A stretch of 28,246 nt of DNA, taken from Myxococcales bacterium. GTDB lineage: Bacteria; Myxococcota_A; Polyangia; Polyangiales; Polyangiaceae. The notes below the pieces were generated by a model, which saw only the letters and a list, made by a program, of their open reading frames with translations, was not told the origin of the DNA and ran no database searches. The position numbers were made by a program, and so were the translations under genes. Shown here piece after piece: positions 17,082-26,351 of the stretch (the first letter of the stretch is position 1; the number at the start of each line of letters is the position of its first letter). The stretch is from NCBI GenBank assembly GCA_043747615.1, contig JAYTOU010000098.1, positions 1 to 28,246 of the forward strand, read 5' to 3'.

Positions 17082-18083
17082 ATGCGTTTCCTGAAGCGCG
17101 CCACGGCGCTCGTCCTCGCCATTTCTCTCGTTTCGCCGCTTGCTCTCGCCGAGGGGGACGCCGACAAATCGACCGCGCGCGATCTTGCTACCGAGGGTCA
17201 GGCCGCGTTCGAGAAAAAGGACTTCAAGACCGCGGAGGATCGCTTCCGCCGCGCCGACGCACTTTTTCACGCCCCCACGATCGCCCTCGGGCTGGCGCGC
17301 TCCGAGGCGGGGCTCGGAAAATTCGTCGCGGCCCAGGAGAGCTACAACAAGGTCATCCAGTACGGCGCGCCTCCCGGATCGCCGCCCGCCTTCGCGAAGG
17401 CCGTGGCCGATGCCCAGGCCGAATTCAACAGCGTTGCGGCGAAGGTCGGCTCCATCGTGATCACGGTGGCGGGCAGCGACAACCCTACGGTGACCGTCGA
17501 CGACGTCACCTTCCCGCTCGCGGCGCTCGGCGTGAAGCGGTCGATCGATCCGGGAAGCCACACGGTCAGAGCCTCGGCCGCCGGGTTCAAGCCCGTCGAA
17601 GCCAAAGCTGTGGTCCCCGAGGGAGGGGCCGCGCGCGACGTGCTCCTCACGCTCGAGAAAGATCCGAACGCCGTTCCCGTCGCGGCCGCGGAGCAGCCCA
17701 AGACCCCCAGCAACCCGGGAAATTCATCTTCTGCGTCGGAACGCGCCTCTGGCGGCTCGCTCAACAAAACGCTCGGCTACGCGGCCCTCGGACTGGGCGG
17801 CGTCGGCCTGGTCGTCGGGAGCGTCGGCGGCATCCTCGCCCTCGGTAAGCACTCCACGCTCGAGACGAGCTGCAAGAGCGCGACGGGCTGCAAGCAGTCG
17901 GACATCGACAGCTACCGCTCGGTCGGAACCATCTCCACGGTGGGCTTCATCGTCGGCGGCGTGGGCCTCGCGGCAGGAGCCGTGCTCCTTCTCACCGCTC
18001 CGAAATCCACCGAATCGAAGACCGGCAAATTCATCATGCCATTCGTTGGCCCCGGAAGCGTCGGCGCCATCGGTCGCTTCTGA
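17082..18083 (+). CDS. Myxobacterial TPR/PEGA-like envelope protein
   Basis: Signal peptide (ALA-E), TPR-like helical segment, PEGA-like VTVDD...IDPGSHTVRASAAG, two hydrophobic segments with a Cys pair, and C-terminal PFVGPGSVGAIGRF. Confidence 0.8.
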   Translation: MRFLKRATALVLAISLVSPLALAEGDADKSTARDLATEGQAAFEKKDFKTAEDRFRRADALFHAPTIALGLARSEAGLGKFVAAQESYNKVIQYGAPPGSPPAFAKAVADAQAEFNSVAAKVGSIVITVAGSDNPTVTVDDVTFPLAALGVKRSIDPGSHTVRASAAGFKPVEAKAVVPEGGAARDVLLTLEKDPNAVPVAAAEQPKTPSNPGNSSSASERASGGSLNKTLGYAALGLGGVGLVVGSVGGILALGKHSTLETSCKSATGCKQSDIDSYRSVGTISTVGFIVGGVGLAAGAVLLLTAPKSTESKTGKFIMPFVGPGSVGAIGRF

Positions 18084-18090
18084 CGCGATC

Positions 18091-19386
18091 GTGATCCTCG
18101 TCTTTCGCAGCGTACGGGCGGTCGATCCCGGCAGTGGGCTCGACGCGATCGTAGACGTAGTTGTCGAACGGGGGGTCATCACGCGGGTCGGCCCGGGCGC
18201 AGGTGCAGCCGTCGCCGCGTCCGAAAACGCGCGCGTCATCGATCGCCCGGGAGCCTTTCTTTTCCCAGGTTTCATCGATCTCCACGCCCACGTGCGCGAG
18301 CCGGGACAGGAGTACAAAGAGGACATCGCGAGCGGGCTCGCAGCAGCGGCGGCGGGCGGCTTCACGGACATCTGCGCGATGCCGAACACCACGCCAGTGA
18401 ACGACAACCGCGCCATCACCGAGCTCCTCGTCGCCAAAGCGCGCGCCCTCGGCGGCTCCCGTCTGCACCCCATCGGCGCCATCACCCTCGGCCAGCGTGG
18501 CGAGTCCCTCACCGAGATGGCCGATCTCCGAGAGGGCGGCGCCGTCGGCGTATCCGACGACGGACGATGCGTCACCTCGAGCGCGGTTATGCGGCGCGCC
18601 CTCGAGTACGCGAGCACCTTCGACCTGCCGGTGATTCAGCACGCCGAAGATCATGCGCTCACCGAGGGGGCCCAGATGCACGAGGGGGCGGTCTCGACCA
18701 AGCTCGGCCTCCGGGGCTGGCCACGCGTCGCGGAAGACGTGATCGTAGCGCGGGACGTACTACTTGCAGAATACACGCGTGCCCGCTACCACCTCGCGCA
18801 CGCCTCCACCTTGGGCACCGTGCGCATCCTACGCGAGGCTAAATCCCGAGGGATCGCCGTGACCGCCGAGGTGACGCCGCATCACCTCCTTCTGACTCAC
18901 GAGGCGGTGCTCGGCTACGACACAGCGTGCAAGGTCAACCCGCCGCTCCGCGAAGAAGAGGACGTAGAAGCGCTGAGAGGCGCGCTTGCCGACGGCACGA
19001 TCGACTGCGTCGCCACCGATCACGCTCCCCATAGCCCGCTCGAAAAAGACTGTGAGTTCGCCGAGGCCGCGCCGGGAATGGTCGGACTCGAGCTCTGTCT
19101 CCCGCTCTTGCTGGGGCTCGTGGAGAAAAAGGTGCTGCCGCTCGCACGGCTCGTGGAGGCGCTCACCAGCGCTCCTGCGCGCATCGTGTCCCTTCCGATT
19201 CCGCGCATCAAAGACGGAGCGCGCGCGGATCTCGTGCTCATCGATCCCGACGAGCGCTGGACGATTGCTCCCGAGCGTCTACGTTCGAAGAGTCACAACA
19301 CGCCCTTCTTGGGGCGTGAGGTCAGAGGTCGCGTGCGGATGACGGTTGTCGCTGGAAAGATCGTGTTCGAGGCAGACAAGAAATGA
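18091..19386 (+). CDS. pyrC: Dihydroorotase (multifunctional-complex/type I)
   Basis: PGFIDLHAHVREPG, AMPNT, SDDG, QHAED, AEVTPHHL, KVNPPLR, ATDHAPH and SKSHNTPF. GTG start 7 nt after the upstream stop. Confidence 0.95.
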   Translation: MILVFRSVRAVDPGSGLDAIVDVVVERGVITRVGPGAGAAVAASENARVIDRPGAFLFPGFIDLHAHVREPGQEYKEDIASGLAAAAAGGFTDICAMPNTTPVNDNRAITELLVAKARALGGSRLHPIGAITLGQRGESLTEMADLREGGAVGVSDDGRCVTSSAVMRRALEYASTFDLPVIQHAEDHALTEGAQMHEGAVSTKLGLRGWPRVAEDVIVARDVLLAEYTRARYHLAHASTLGTVRILREAKSRGIAVTAEVTPHHLLLTHEAVLGYDTACKVNPPLREEEDVEALRGALADGTIDCVATDHAPHSPLEKDCEFAEAAPGMVGLELCLPLLLGLVEKKVLPLARLVEALTSAPARIVSLPIPRIKDGARADLVLIDPDERWTIAPERLRSKSHNTPFLGREVRGRVRMTVVAGKIVFEADKK

Positions 19387-20531
19387 CATCCCGCATGGCA
19401 GTGAGCGGCGATGGAGCGCGCCTCGTCCTCGCGGACGGCACTGTGTTCGAGGGGCGGCCCTATGGCGCGCGCGGTCTGACGACGGGTGAAGCGGTCTTCA
19501 CCACGACCATGACCGGCTACCAAGAGGTGCTCACCGATCCCTCGTATGTTGGGCAAATCGTGGTGATGACGGCGTCCGAGATCGGCAACGTCGGAACGAA
19601 CGCGGACGACGCGGAGTCCGTCGACGGCAAGCCCCGCGTGTCCGGATTCGTGGTCCGCGACGCGAGCCCCATCGCCTCGAGCTGGCGCTCCGAAGAGCCG
19701 CTCGAAGCCTTCCTGCAGCGTCACGGGATCGTCGCGATCGAAGGGGTCGATACGCGAAAGCTCGCGCGTCACCTTCGCGATCACGGAGCCCAGAACGCCG
19801 CGATGGGCTCGGAGTCGGCAGAGGTTCTCGCGCGGCGGGCGCGGGAAGCGCGTCCGATGAGCGGACTCGATCTCGTCGAGCACGTGACTCCGAAGGAGCC
19901 GTACACGTGGACCGAAGGCCGTGGGGTGTGGGCTCCGGATGTCTCGAAAAAACAAGGCTCAAACGAACGCGAGCACCGCGTGGTGGTCGTGGACTTCGGA
20001 ATCAAGCGCAACATCTTGCGCTGCCTCGTAGACGCTGGATGCAGCGTGACGGCCGTCCCCGCGCGCACCTCGGCGGCGGAAATCTTGGCGATGAAACCGG
20101 ATGGAATTTTTCTCTCCAACGGCCCCGGCGATCCCGCCGCCGTCGAGTACGGGATCCAAACGATCCGTGATCTACTCGGGAAAAAGCCGCTCTTCGGCAT
20201 CTGCCTCGGCCACCAGCTTCTCGCCCACGCTCTCGGCGGCAAGACTTTCAAGCTCAAGTTCGGTCACCGCGGCGCCAACCAACCGGTAAAAGATCGCACG
20301 ACCGGCCGCATCGAAATCACCACCCAGAACCACGGCTTCTGCGTCGACCTCGCCTCGCTTCCCTCGAGCGTCGTGCCGACCCACGTGCATCTCAACGACG
20401 GGACGAGCGAGGGCCTCGCCGCCCCCGACCTGCGCGCGTTCAGCGTTCAGTACCACCCGGAAGCCGCAGCAGGCCCACACGACTCGCTCTATTTGTTCGA
20501 TAGATTCACCGAGATGATGCGCAAAAATTGA
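19383..20531 (+). CDS. carA: Carbamoyl-phosphate synthase small subunit
   Basis: MTGYQEVLTDPSY, FLSNGPGDP, GICLGHQ, FGHRGANQP, TQNHGF and VQYHPE. ATGA overlap with pyrC. Confidence 0.97.
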   Translation: MTSRMAVSGDGARLVLADGTVFEGRPYGARGLTTGEAVFTTTMTGYQEVLTDPSYVGQIVVMTASEIGNVGTNADDAESVDGKPRVSGFVVRDASPIASSWRSEEPLEAFLQRHGIVAIEGVDTRKLARHLRDHGAQNAAMGSESAEVLARRAREARPMSGLDLVEHVTPKEPYTWTEGRGVWAPDVSKKQGSNEREHRVVVVDFGIKRNILRCLVDAGCSVTAVPARTSAAEILAMKPDGIFLSNGPGDPAAVEYGIQTIRDLLGKKPLFGICLGHQLLAHALGGKTFKLKFGHRGANQPVKDRTTGRIEITTQNHGFCVDLASLPSSVVPTHVHLNDGTSEGLAAPDLRAFSVQYHPEAAAGPHDSLYLFDRFTEMMRKN

Positions 20532-20627
20532 TCGGGCGCGAAGGATCGCCTTGTTCAGCGCGCTAGCCCCTACATGTAGCCGTTTGTCACGTGCAACACG
20601 GCCTCGGCCGGCGTATGCTCGAACGAC

Positions 20628-21458
20628 ATGGGCTTCGGACGACGCGGCATTCTCCTCAGCGCCCTCGTGATGGCCTCCGGTCTCGCCACGGCGTGCGGGA
20701 CCAACGCTGCGAGAGCCCACAAAGACGCGGGAGAGGTCTTCGAATCCGACCCTGGCGATCCGCTCCTCAATCCTCCGAGGCCCCCCGACTACTTGAACGA
20801 CGACTCTGGGTCCTTTGGAGCTCCGGCCGAGCGTCAAAACGACTCTGGAGCAACGTCACCCGAAGGCGGGCGTATTTCGATCGATGCCGGCAATTCGCAA
20901 GTGGGCCTCGACGCAGGCCCAAGCGGTGACTGCGTCGGACCGCTTCTCCTTGGCGACGTGAAGATCGTGGAGCTGATGATCGCCACGCAAGCCACTGCCG
21001 GCGACAGGGGCGAATGGGTCGAGATTCAAAGCACCCGCAGCTGCACGCTCAACGTGAACGGCCTCACCATCGCGTCCCCGCGCGGCACTGCGGCAGTGGA
21101 CTCCGTCACCGTCACCACGGACACGTTCATTCCGCCGAACGGAACCTTCCTGGTGGCCGGATCCTCGATCGCTTCGTTGAACGGGGCCTTGCCGCCGGTG
21201 CTCTTCACGTGGAGCGCGGCAGACGTCCTGAGAAACACGGGCGACACCGTCACCCTGACTGCCGGGACGACGATGATCGACACCCTCACGTACCCGAGCT
21301 TCTCCAACTTCACGCCTGGCCGAGCCCTGAGCTTCCCCGCCGATTGCGCGTGGAGCGATCGCGCTTCGTGGGCGCGATGGAGCTATGCGTTCTCCGTCTA
21401 CTCGGGCGTCCTCCAGGGCACCCCGAACGCCGACAACATCGACGTCGCTTGTTACTAG
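20628..21458 (+). CDS. Lamin-tail-domain (LTD)-like lipoprotein
   Basis: Signal GRRGILLSALVMASGLATAC; LTD-like IVELMI...GEWVEI, LRNTGDTVTL and GTPNADN. Confidence 0.78.
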   Translation: MGFGRRGILLSALVMASGLATACGTNAARAHKDAGEVFESDPGDPLLNPPRPPDYLNDDSGSFGAPAERQNDSGATSPEGGRISIDAGNSQVGLDAGPSGDCVGPLLLGDVKIVELMIATQATAGDRGEWVEIQSTRSCTLNVNGLTIASPRGTAAVDSVTVTTDTFIPPNGTFLVAGSSIASLNGALPPVLFTWSAADVLRNTGDTVTLTAGTTMIDTLTYPSFSNFTPGRALSFPADCAWSDRASWARWSYAFSVYSGVLQGTPNADNIDVACY

Positions 21459-21495
21459 GGCAGCGCGGCGTGCTAGTAGGCGTCGGATCCCCGCC

Positions 21496-22911
21496 ATGAG
21501 TAAGAAGAAGACCATCCACTTCGTCAGCCTCGGCTGCCCAAAAAACAAGGTCGACAGCGAGGTCATGCTCGGCGTCGCAAGGGCCAGCGGCTTCGTGATC
21601 TCCGACAGCGCCGAGGGCGCCGAAGTGATCGTCGTGAACACCTGCGGGTTCATCGGCGAAGCCAAAAAAGAGTCCATCGAGACGATCTTCGAGCTCGCCG
21701 AGATGAAGAAGCACGGCGCCTGCAAACGGCTCGTCGTCGCCGGATGCCTCTCCCAGCGTTACCCCCAGGAGCTCGCAGCGCAGATGACGGAGGTCGACCA
21801 CTTCCTCGGCTCGAGCGACATGCTGAAGCTTGCCGAAGTGCTCGGCGGCAAGGCCGATCGCATGCTCGTCGGCAACCCAGCCGACTGGATCGTGAAGGCG
21901 AGCGATCCGCGCGTGGTGACCGACTCGGCAGTGAGCGCGTACGTGAAGATCGCCGAGGGGTGCAACCGCGCGTGCTCCTTCTGCACCATTCCGGAGTTTC
22001 GTGGAAAGCAGCGCTCACGCACCGCAGACGACGTCGTGCGCGAGGCGCAGAACCTGGCATCTCAGGGCGTGCTCGAGCTCAACTTGATTTCGCAGGACAC
22101 CATCGCCTACGGTCGTGATCTCCCGAAGGCCGAGAAAACAAGGCTCGCAGGTCTCGTTCGGCGCATCGCCGACGTAGAGAAGATTCGCTGGGTCCGCCTC
22201 TTCTATCTTTACCCGGAGACAATCGACGACGAGCTCATCGAGCTCTTGGCGAACCATCCGCGCGTGGTTCCCTACGTCGACATGCCACTCCAGCACGCCT
22301 CCGACGCGATGCTCCGCCGCATGAAACGCGGACATGGGCTCGATCGCCAGAAGCGCGTGGTCGATCGAATGCGCAAGGCCATTCCGAACCTCACCTTCCG
22401 AACGGCGTTCATCGTCGGGCATCCGGGCGAGACGGACGCCGAGTTCCAGGAGCTGATGGACTTCGTAGCCTGGGCGCGCTTCGAGCACGTCGGCGTCTTC
22501 CGCTACTCGGACGAAGAATCGTGCAAGAGCCACGATTTCGAGGGCAAAGTGAAGCCGGCGGTGGCGGCGAGCCGTTACCGAAAGCTCATGAGCCTGCAAC
22601 GAAAGATCGCGCGCGAGGCGAACCAGAAACTGGTCGGCACCGAGCTCGACGTCCTCGTCGAAGGGGCGAGCCACGAGCACGAGTTCGTGATGAAGGGGCG
22701 GCACGCAGGGCAAGCCCCGGATGTCGACGGGCAGGTATTTCTCTCCGGCGGCGAGGTTCATCCCGGTCAGATCCGTCGTGTGCGGATCTCCCAGGCCAGC
22801 GACTACGATCTGGTAGGCGAGGTGACGGACGAGGCCGATCCCGACGCGCCGAAAAAGAAGCGCGTTTCGCTCAAGGTCATGGGACGCGCCTCGACGGTCG
22901 AGTGGCGTTAG
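21496..22911 (+). CDS. rimO: Ribosomal protein S12 methylthiotransferase
   Basis: SLGCPKNKVDSE, NTCGFI, GCLSQRY, radical SAM CNRACSFC, RLFYLYP, DMPLQH and a TRAM domain (APDVDG...SDYDL). Confidence 0.95.
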   Translation: MSKKKTIHFVSLGCPKNKVDSEVMLGVARASGFVISDSAEGAEVIVVNTCGFIGEAKKESIETIFELAEMKKHGACKRLVVAGCLSQRYPQELAAQMTEVDHFLGSSDMLKLAEVLGGKADRMLVGNPADWIVKASDPRVVTDSAVSAYVKIAEGCNRACSFCTIPEFRGKQRSRTADDVVREAQNLASQGVLELNLISQDTIAYGRDLPKAEKTRLAGLVRRIADVEKIRWVRLFYLYPETIDDELIELLANHPRVVPYVDMPLQHASDAMLRRMKRGHGLDRQKRVVDRMRKAIPNLTFRTAFIVGHPGETDAEFQELMDFVAWARFEHVGVFRYSDEESCKSHDFEGKVKPAVAASRYRKLMSLQRKIAREANQKLVGTELDVLVEGASHEHEFVMKGRHAGQAPDVDGQVFLSGGEVHPGQIRRVRISQASDYDLVGEVTDEADPDAPKKKRVSLKVMGRASTVEWR

Positions 22912-22984
22912 GCGAACTAGCTGACATACCAATTTCCACGTGGGCAAACGTGGATCCGTTGCGCAGATCGAACGACGTGTCTCC

Positions 22985-23332
22985 CTATTTCGAGATCGTC
23001 ACGCTCGTCTCGGAGCTCCGGGTTGAACCAAACTCTTGCGTGACGTCGATGACGTCCCCCGGCGACGCGAAGATCGTTTGCTCCCACGTGCCCTCGCTGT
23101 CGGCCTGCGAGCCAAAGACACGCTTGTTCAACGGCACGGTCGGGTTCCGGTTGTAGAGAACGACAATGGCGTTCGCCTCGACGCCTTTCGTCGAGCTGAG
23201 ATGCACCGTGCCGTTCGCGACGTCCGTGACTGTCGGCAGCGACGGCGGAGGGAGCGGCAACGTCGGGCTGTTGCACGCCGCCGACACGACGAAGCACGCA
23301 GCTCCAAAGAGAAAGTGGGCGCGCCGGAGCAT
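22985..23332 (-). CDS. Small hypothetical lipoprotein (beta-rich, Ig-like?)
   Basis: From ATG 23332: MLRRAHFLFGAACFVVSAAC (lipobox), NSPTLPLPPP, then a beta-rich body (ADSEGTW...PGDVIDVTQ). Confidence 0.72.
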   Translation of the reverse strand: MLRRAHFLFGAACFVVSAACNSPTLPLPPPSLPTVTDVANGTVHLSSTKGVEANAIVVLYNRNPTVPLNKRVFGSQADSEGTWEQTIFASPGDVIDVTQEFGSTRSSETSVTISK

Positions 23333-23530
23333 CAGCAACTTTGTAGCACATCTCGCGCCACCGGTTGCGCGCGCTTTTACACGGGTTTCAGCCCGTGTGA
23401 AGCCAACTTGGTTGGCACTGGGGTCAACTGTAGAGTGGGCCATTCGGGGTCCCGACGCCCAATGGCCTCGCTTATCTGGATCCGCTTCCGAGAAGCTGTT
23501 AACTGCGTGGAGCGTACCTCACGAGATAAT

Positions 23531-26299
23531 ATGCAGACCCCGCCCCCACCCATCGTCCTCGGCGGTGACACGCGCGTGAAGCGCTTGCCGTGGAGACCGG
23601 TCCCCTTCGCGCTAGGTATCGCGCTCCTCTTCGCGTTGCGGCACGGCAACGACGTCGACGATCGCGCGCCCAATCGATCGGCGGCCGTCGCCGGCGTTCT
23701 CACCTCACGCGGCTTCAGCTGCGACGAGGGCGACGTCACCTGGGTCGCGGGTCCGAGCGGCGTGCGCGGCGCGATGACCGGAGGCGCGAAGGCCCTCGTG
23801 CGGGCGAGCGTCAAAGGAGAGCCGAGCGATCTCTACCTCGTCGAGGCGACGCTCTCACCGGAAGGTGCGCTGCTCGAGGTCGACGGCACATGGAACGTCA
23901 CGCGTACGACGGGCGTCGACGAATCGCGCCCGCTCGTTCGAGCAGGCAGCGGAGCCGGCGTGTGGGTCGCGTACACCACGAGCGTCGACGGCATCGCGAC
24001 GGGGATTCACGCTCTCGATGTGAGCGGACGATCACCTGCAGTCTACACGGAGTTCAATCGCACCCAGCGGTGGCAGATGATGCTCACCAGCCTGCAGCAG
24101 ACAGGGCAAACCGGCGGCGTCATGCACAACGCGTTCGCCCTCGATCCTCCGGCAAATCAGGTCGATCTCGTGTGGCGTGACGACGGGATGGTGGGCGCTA
24201 AAGCGGACGGTCGAGCGATTGTCCTCGATCCGGTGAAGGGCGTCGCCGTCGACGGAGCGGGCTGGGTCCGCGCCGCGCCGGAGGTCAAAGCCCGACCAGG
24301 GAGCGTCGTCACCTGGGCCGTCGATCGCGTTCGCGCTCTTCCATGGTTCGGCGAAGAGAAGATGCAAGTCGTGAAGGCCGTGGCGTTCACCGGGCTCGAC
24401 TGGGTGCTGCGCTTCCAAGCCGAAGTATTCGGCGACTCGAGCGCGAAAGAAGTCAGCGACGATCTCGGCGGCGTGAACAGCGGTTCCACGAACCGCGTGA
24501 GCTTCACCGATCCGGAGATCGGTTGGCCCCCCGCGCCCATGAAACCGCTTCTGTCGCCTCCCCTCCCCGGTGAAGGCCAGTGGATCGCGCTCGATCACGA
24601 TCCGTTCATTACCCAAGCGGCCGGCGCTCCTGCGGCGTTCGTCACTTCGTTCATCCGCTCGGACAAGCAGCGCCCGCAAACGCGCATCTACGTCACGCTC
24701 TGGGACCCGCGGCAGATCGCGCTTCACATGGCGGCGGGGACGGTCGAGCCGGTGAGCGCGTCGGGAGAAGCCGGACCGGGCGTGATTCCACGCGCGCCCG
24801 AAATTTTGCGTCGCGTGGTGGGCGGCTTCAACGGCGGATTTCAAGCCATTCACGGCGAGTTCGGGATGCAGGCCGACGGCGTCCTCTACCTGCCGCCAAA
24901 GCCGTACGCGGCGACCGTGGCCGAGCTGCGCGACGGCTCGACGGTGTTCGGCGCGTGGCCAAATAGCCAAGAAGTGCCGGACGAAGTCCTCAGCTACCGC
25001 CAGAACCTCACGGCGCTCGTCCAAAACGACAAGTTCAATCCGTGGGGGCGCACCTGGTGGGGCGGCACTCCAAAGGGATGGTCCGACAACATCCACACCA
25101 CGCGAAGCGCGATCTGTCTCACCAAAGAAAATTACGTCGGCTACTTCTGGGGACACGATCTCTCGGCCGATGTTCTCGCCGAGGGGATGCTCCTCGCGCG
25201 CTGCTCGTTCGGCGTTCACCTGGACATGAACCCGGGGCTCGCCGGCTTCGAATTCTACAATGTGCAACCTACAAGTACCTGGGCCGATCTGGGACGCCCC
25301 ATTCAGCAAGACTGGGAGTGGGAAGGCACGTTCCGCGAGCTCCCCGACTTTCACGTGCGCGCGCGGCGGATGATCAAGGGGATGATGCACATGAACTTCC
25401 CCCAGTACATCCATCGCGACGGGCGGGACTTCTTCTACCTCACGCAACGGCCTGTTCTGCCGGGTGCGGAGCTCCCCGCGCGGATCACTCCGAAGCAGCC
25501 CGGCGAGGGTGCGTGGCGGTTGAAGGGTCTTCCGCAGCACGGATTTCCGTACGCGCTGACGACGACGTGGCTCCGCCCCGATCCGAAGAGACCCGATCTC
25601 AAAGTTCGTGTATTACGCATCGATCCTCGCGCCGTCACCCCAGCAGCGAGCTCCGGCACGACCTCCGAGACACCGACCATTGCCTCCTTCGCCGGACCGC
25701 TGCGCACGAAGGTCGACGCCGGCCACGGACCCGACTCTTCCGGGCTTGGCCTGTGGTTCGCGAGCGGTGTTTTTCTCGTGGGCGGCGCCGCTCCGTCGAC
25801 GGACGCATTTGCGCTCGCTGCGGGGACCTCGCCCCGTTCGCCGCACGCTGTCGGTGCGCGCGGAATGGCGGGCGTGCAAGACGAGGACGGGATGCTCGAT
25901 TGGATTGAGCTCGCGCCGGACTCGCCATCCGATGCGGGCGCAATTGCCGCTATGGATTCGCTGCTCGCCACGCTCGGATGCGGGGCTCGCGTGGCGCTCG
26001 CTCCGGAGGCGCGCGCTTTCATCGGTGGGAACCTCGACCTCGCAGGCGAGGCAACGGTCGCGCCCTCCGGCCCCGTGGCCCGGCTCGTTCGGGGCAACCC
26101 GCCGGGGGCCCACCCCTACTTCGCGAGCACGCCGATCGTTGGGCCCGGCGTGTGGCAACCTCTTCAAAACCAGCGGATTCGCTATTTCCGTCGCGCCGCT
26201 CCCAAAGACGCCGGCGCCCCGGCACCGTCGCCCCCGAGCACGCCTTCCCCGGAGGCGCCCGAAGCGCCGACACCGGCCCCAAGCCCAACGCCCCCCTAA
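23531..26299 (+). CDS. Large membrane-anchored protein with phosphodiester glycosidase (NAGPA/DUF2233)-like domain
   Basis: N-terminal hydrophobic segment; GGFNGGF, TRSAICLT and GVHLDMNPG resemble NAGPA-like motifs; Pro-rich C-terminus. The real start is probably 23531 (or 23462), not 23036, which would overlap the opposite-strand lipoprotein. Confidence 0.7.
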   Translation: MQTPPPPIVLGGDTRVKRLPWRPVPFALGIALLFALRHGNDVDDRAPNRSAAVAGVLTSRGFSCDEGDVTWVAGPSGVRGAMTGGAKALVRASVKGEPSDLYLVEATLSPEGALLEVDGTWNVTRTTGVDESRPLVRAGSGAGVWVAYTTSVDGIATGIHALDVSGRSPAVYTEFNRTQRWQMMLTSLQQTGQTGGVMHNAFALDPPANQVDLVWRDDGMVGAKADGRAIVLDPVKGVAVDGAGWVRAAPEVKARPGSVVTWAVDRVRALPWFGEEKMQVVKAVAFTGLDWVLRFQAEVFGDSSAKEVSDDLGGVNSGSTNRVSFTDPEIGWPPAPMKPLLSPPLPGEGQWIALDHDPFITQAAGAPAAFVTSFIRSDKQRPQTRIYVTLWDPRQIALHMAAGTVEPVSASGEAGPGVIPRAPEILRRVVGGFNGGFQAIHGEFGMQADGVLYLPPKPYAATVAELRDGSTVFGAWPNSQEVPDEVLSYRQNLTALVQNDKFNPWGRTWWGGTPKGWSDNIHTTRSAICLTKENYVGYFWGHDLSADVLAEGMLLARCSFGVHLDMNPGLAGFEFYNVQPTSTWADLGRPIQQDWEWEGTFRELPDFHVRARRMIKGMMHMNFPQYIHRDGRDFFYLTQRPVLPGAELPARITPKQPGEGAWRLKGLPQHGFPYALTTTWLRPDPKRPDLKVRVLRIDPRAVTPAASSGTTSETPTIASFAGPLRTKVDAGHGPDSSGLGLWFASGVFLVGGAAPSTDAFALAAGTSPRSPHAVGARGMAGVQDEDGMLDWIELAPDSPSDAGAIAAMDSLLATLGCGARVALAPEARAFIGGNLDLAGEATVAPSGPVARLVRGNPPGAHPYFASTPIVGPGVWQPLQNQRIRYFRRAAPKDAGAPAPSPPSTPSPEAPEAPTPAPSPTPP

Positions 26300-26351
26300 G
26301 AAAACCAGCCTGTCCTTGTTTCGCGCGGCGTGGACAGGTAAAAATAGGTGT

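Noticed and set aside
23036..23530. N-terminal 165 aa of the 1087-aa ORF
   Set aside because: Arg-rich shadow of the opposite-strand lipoprotein plus intergenic DNA; the true start is likely 23531 or 23462.
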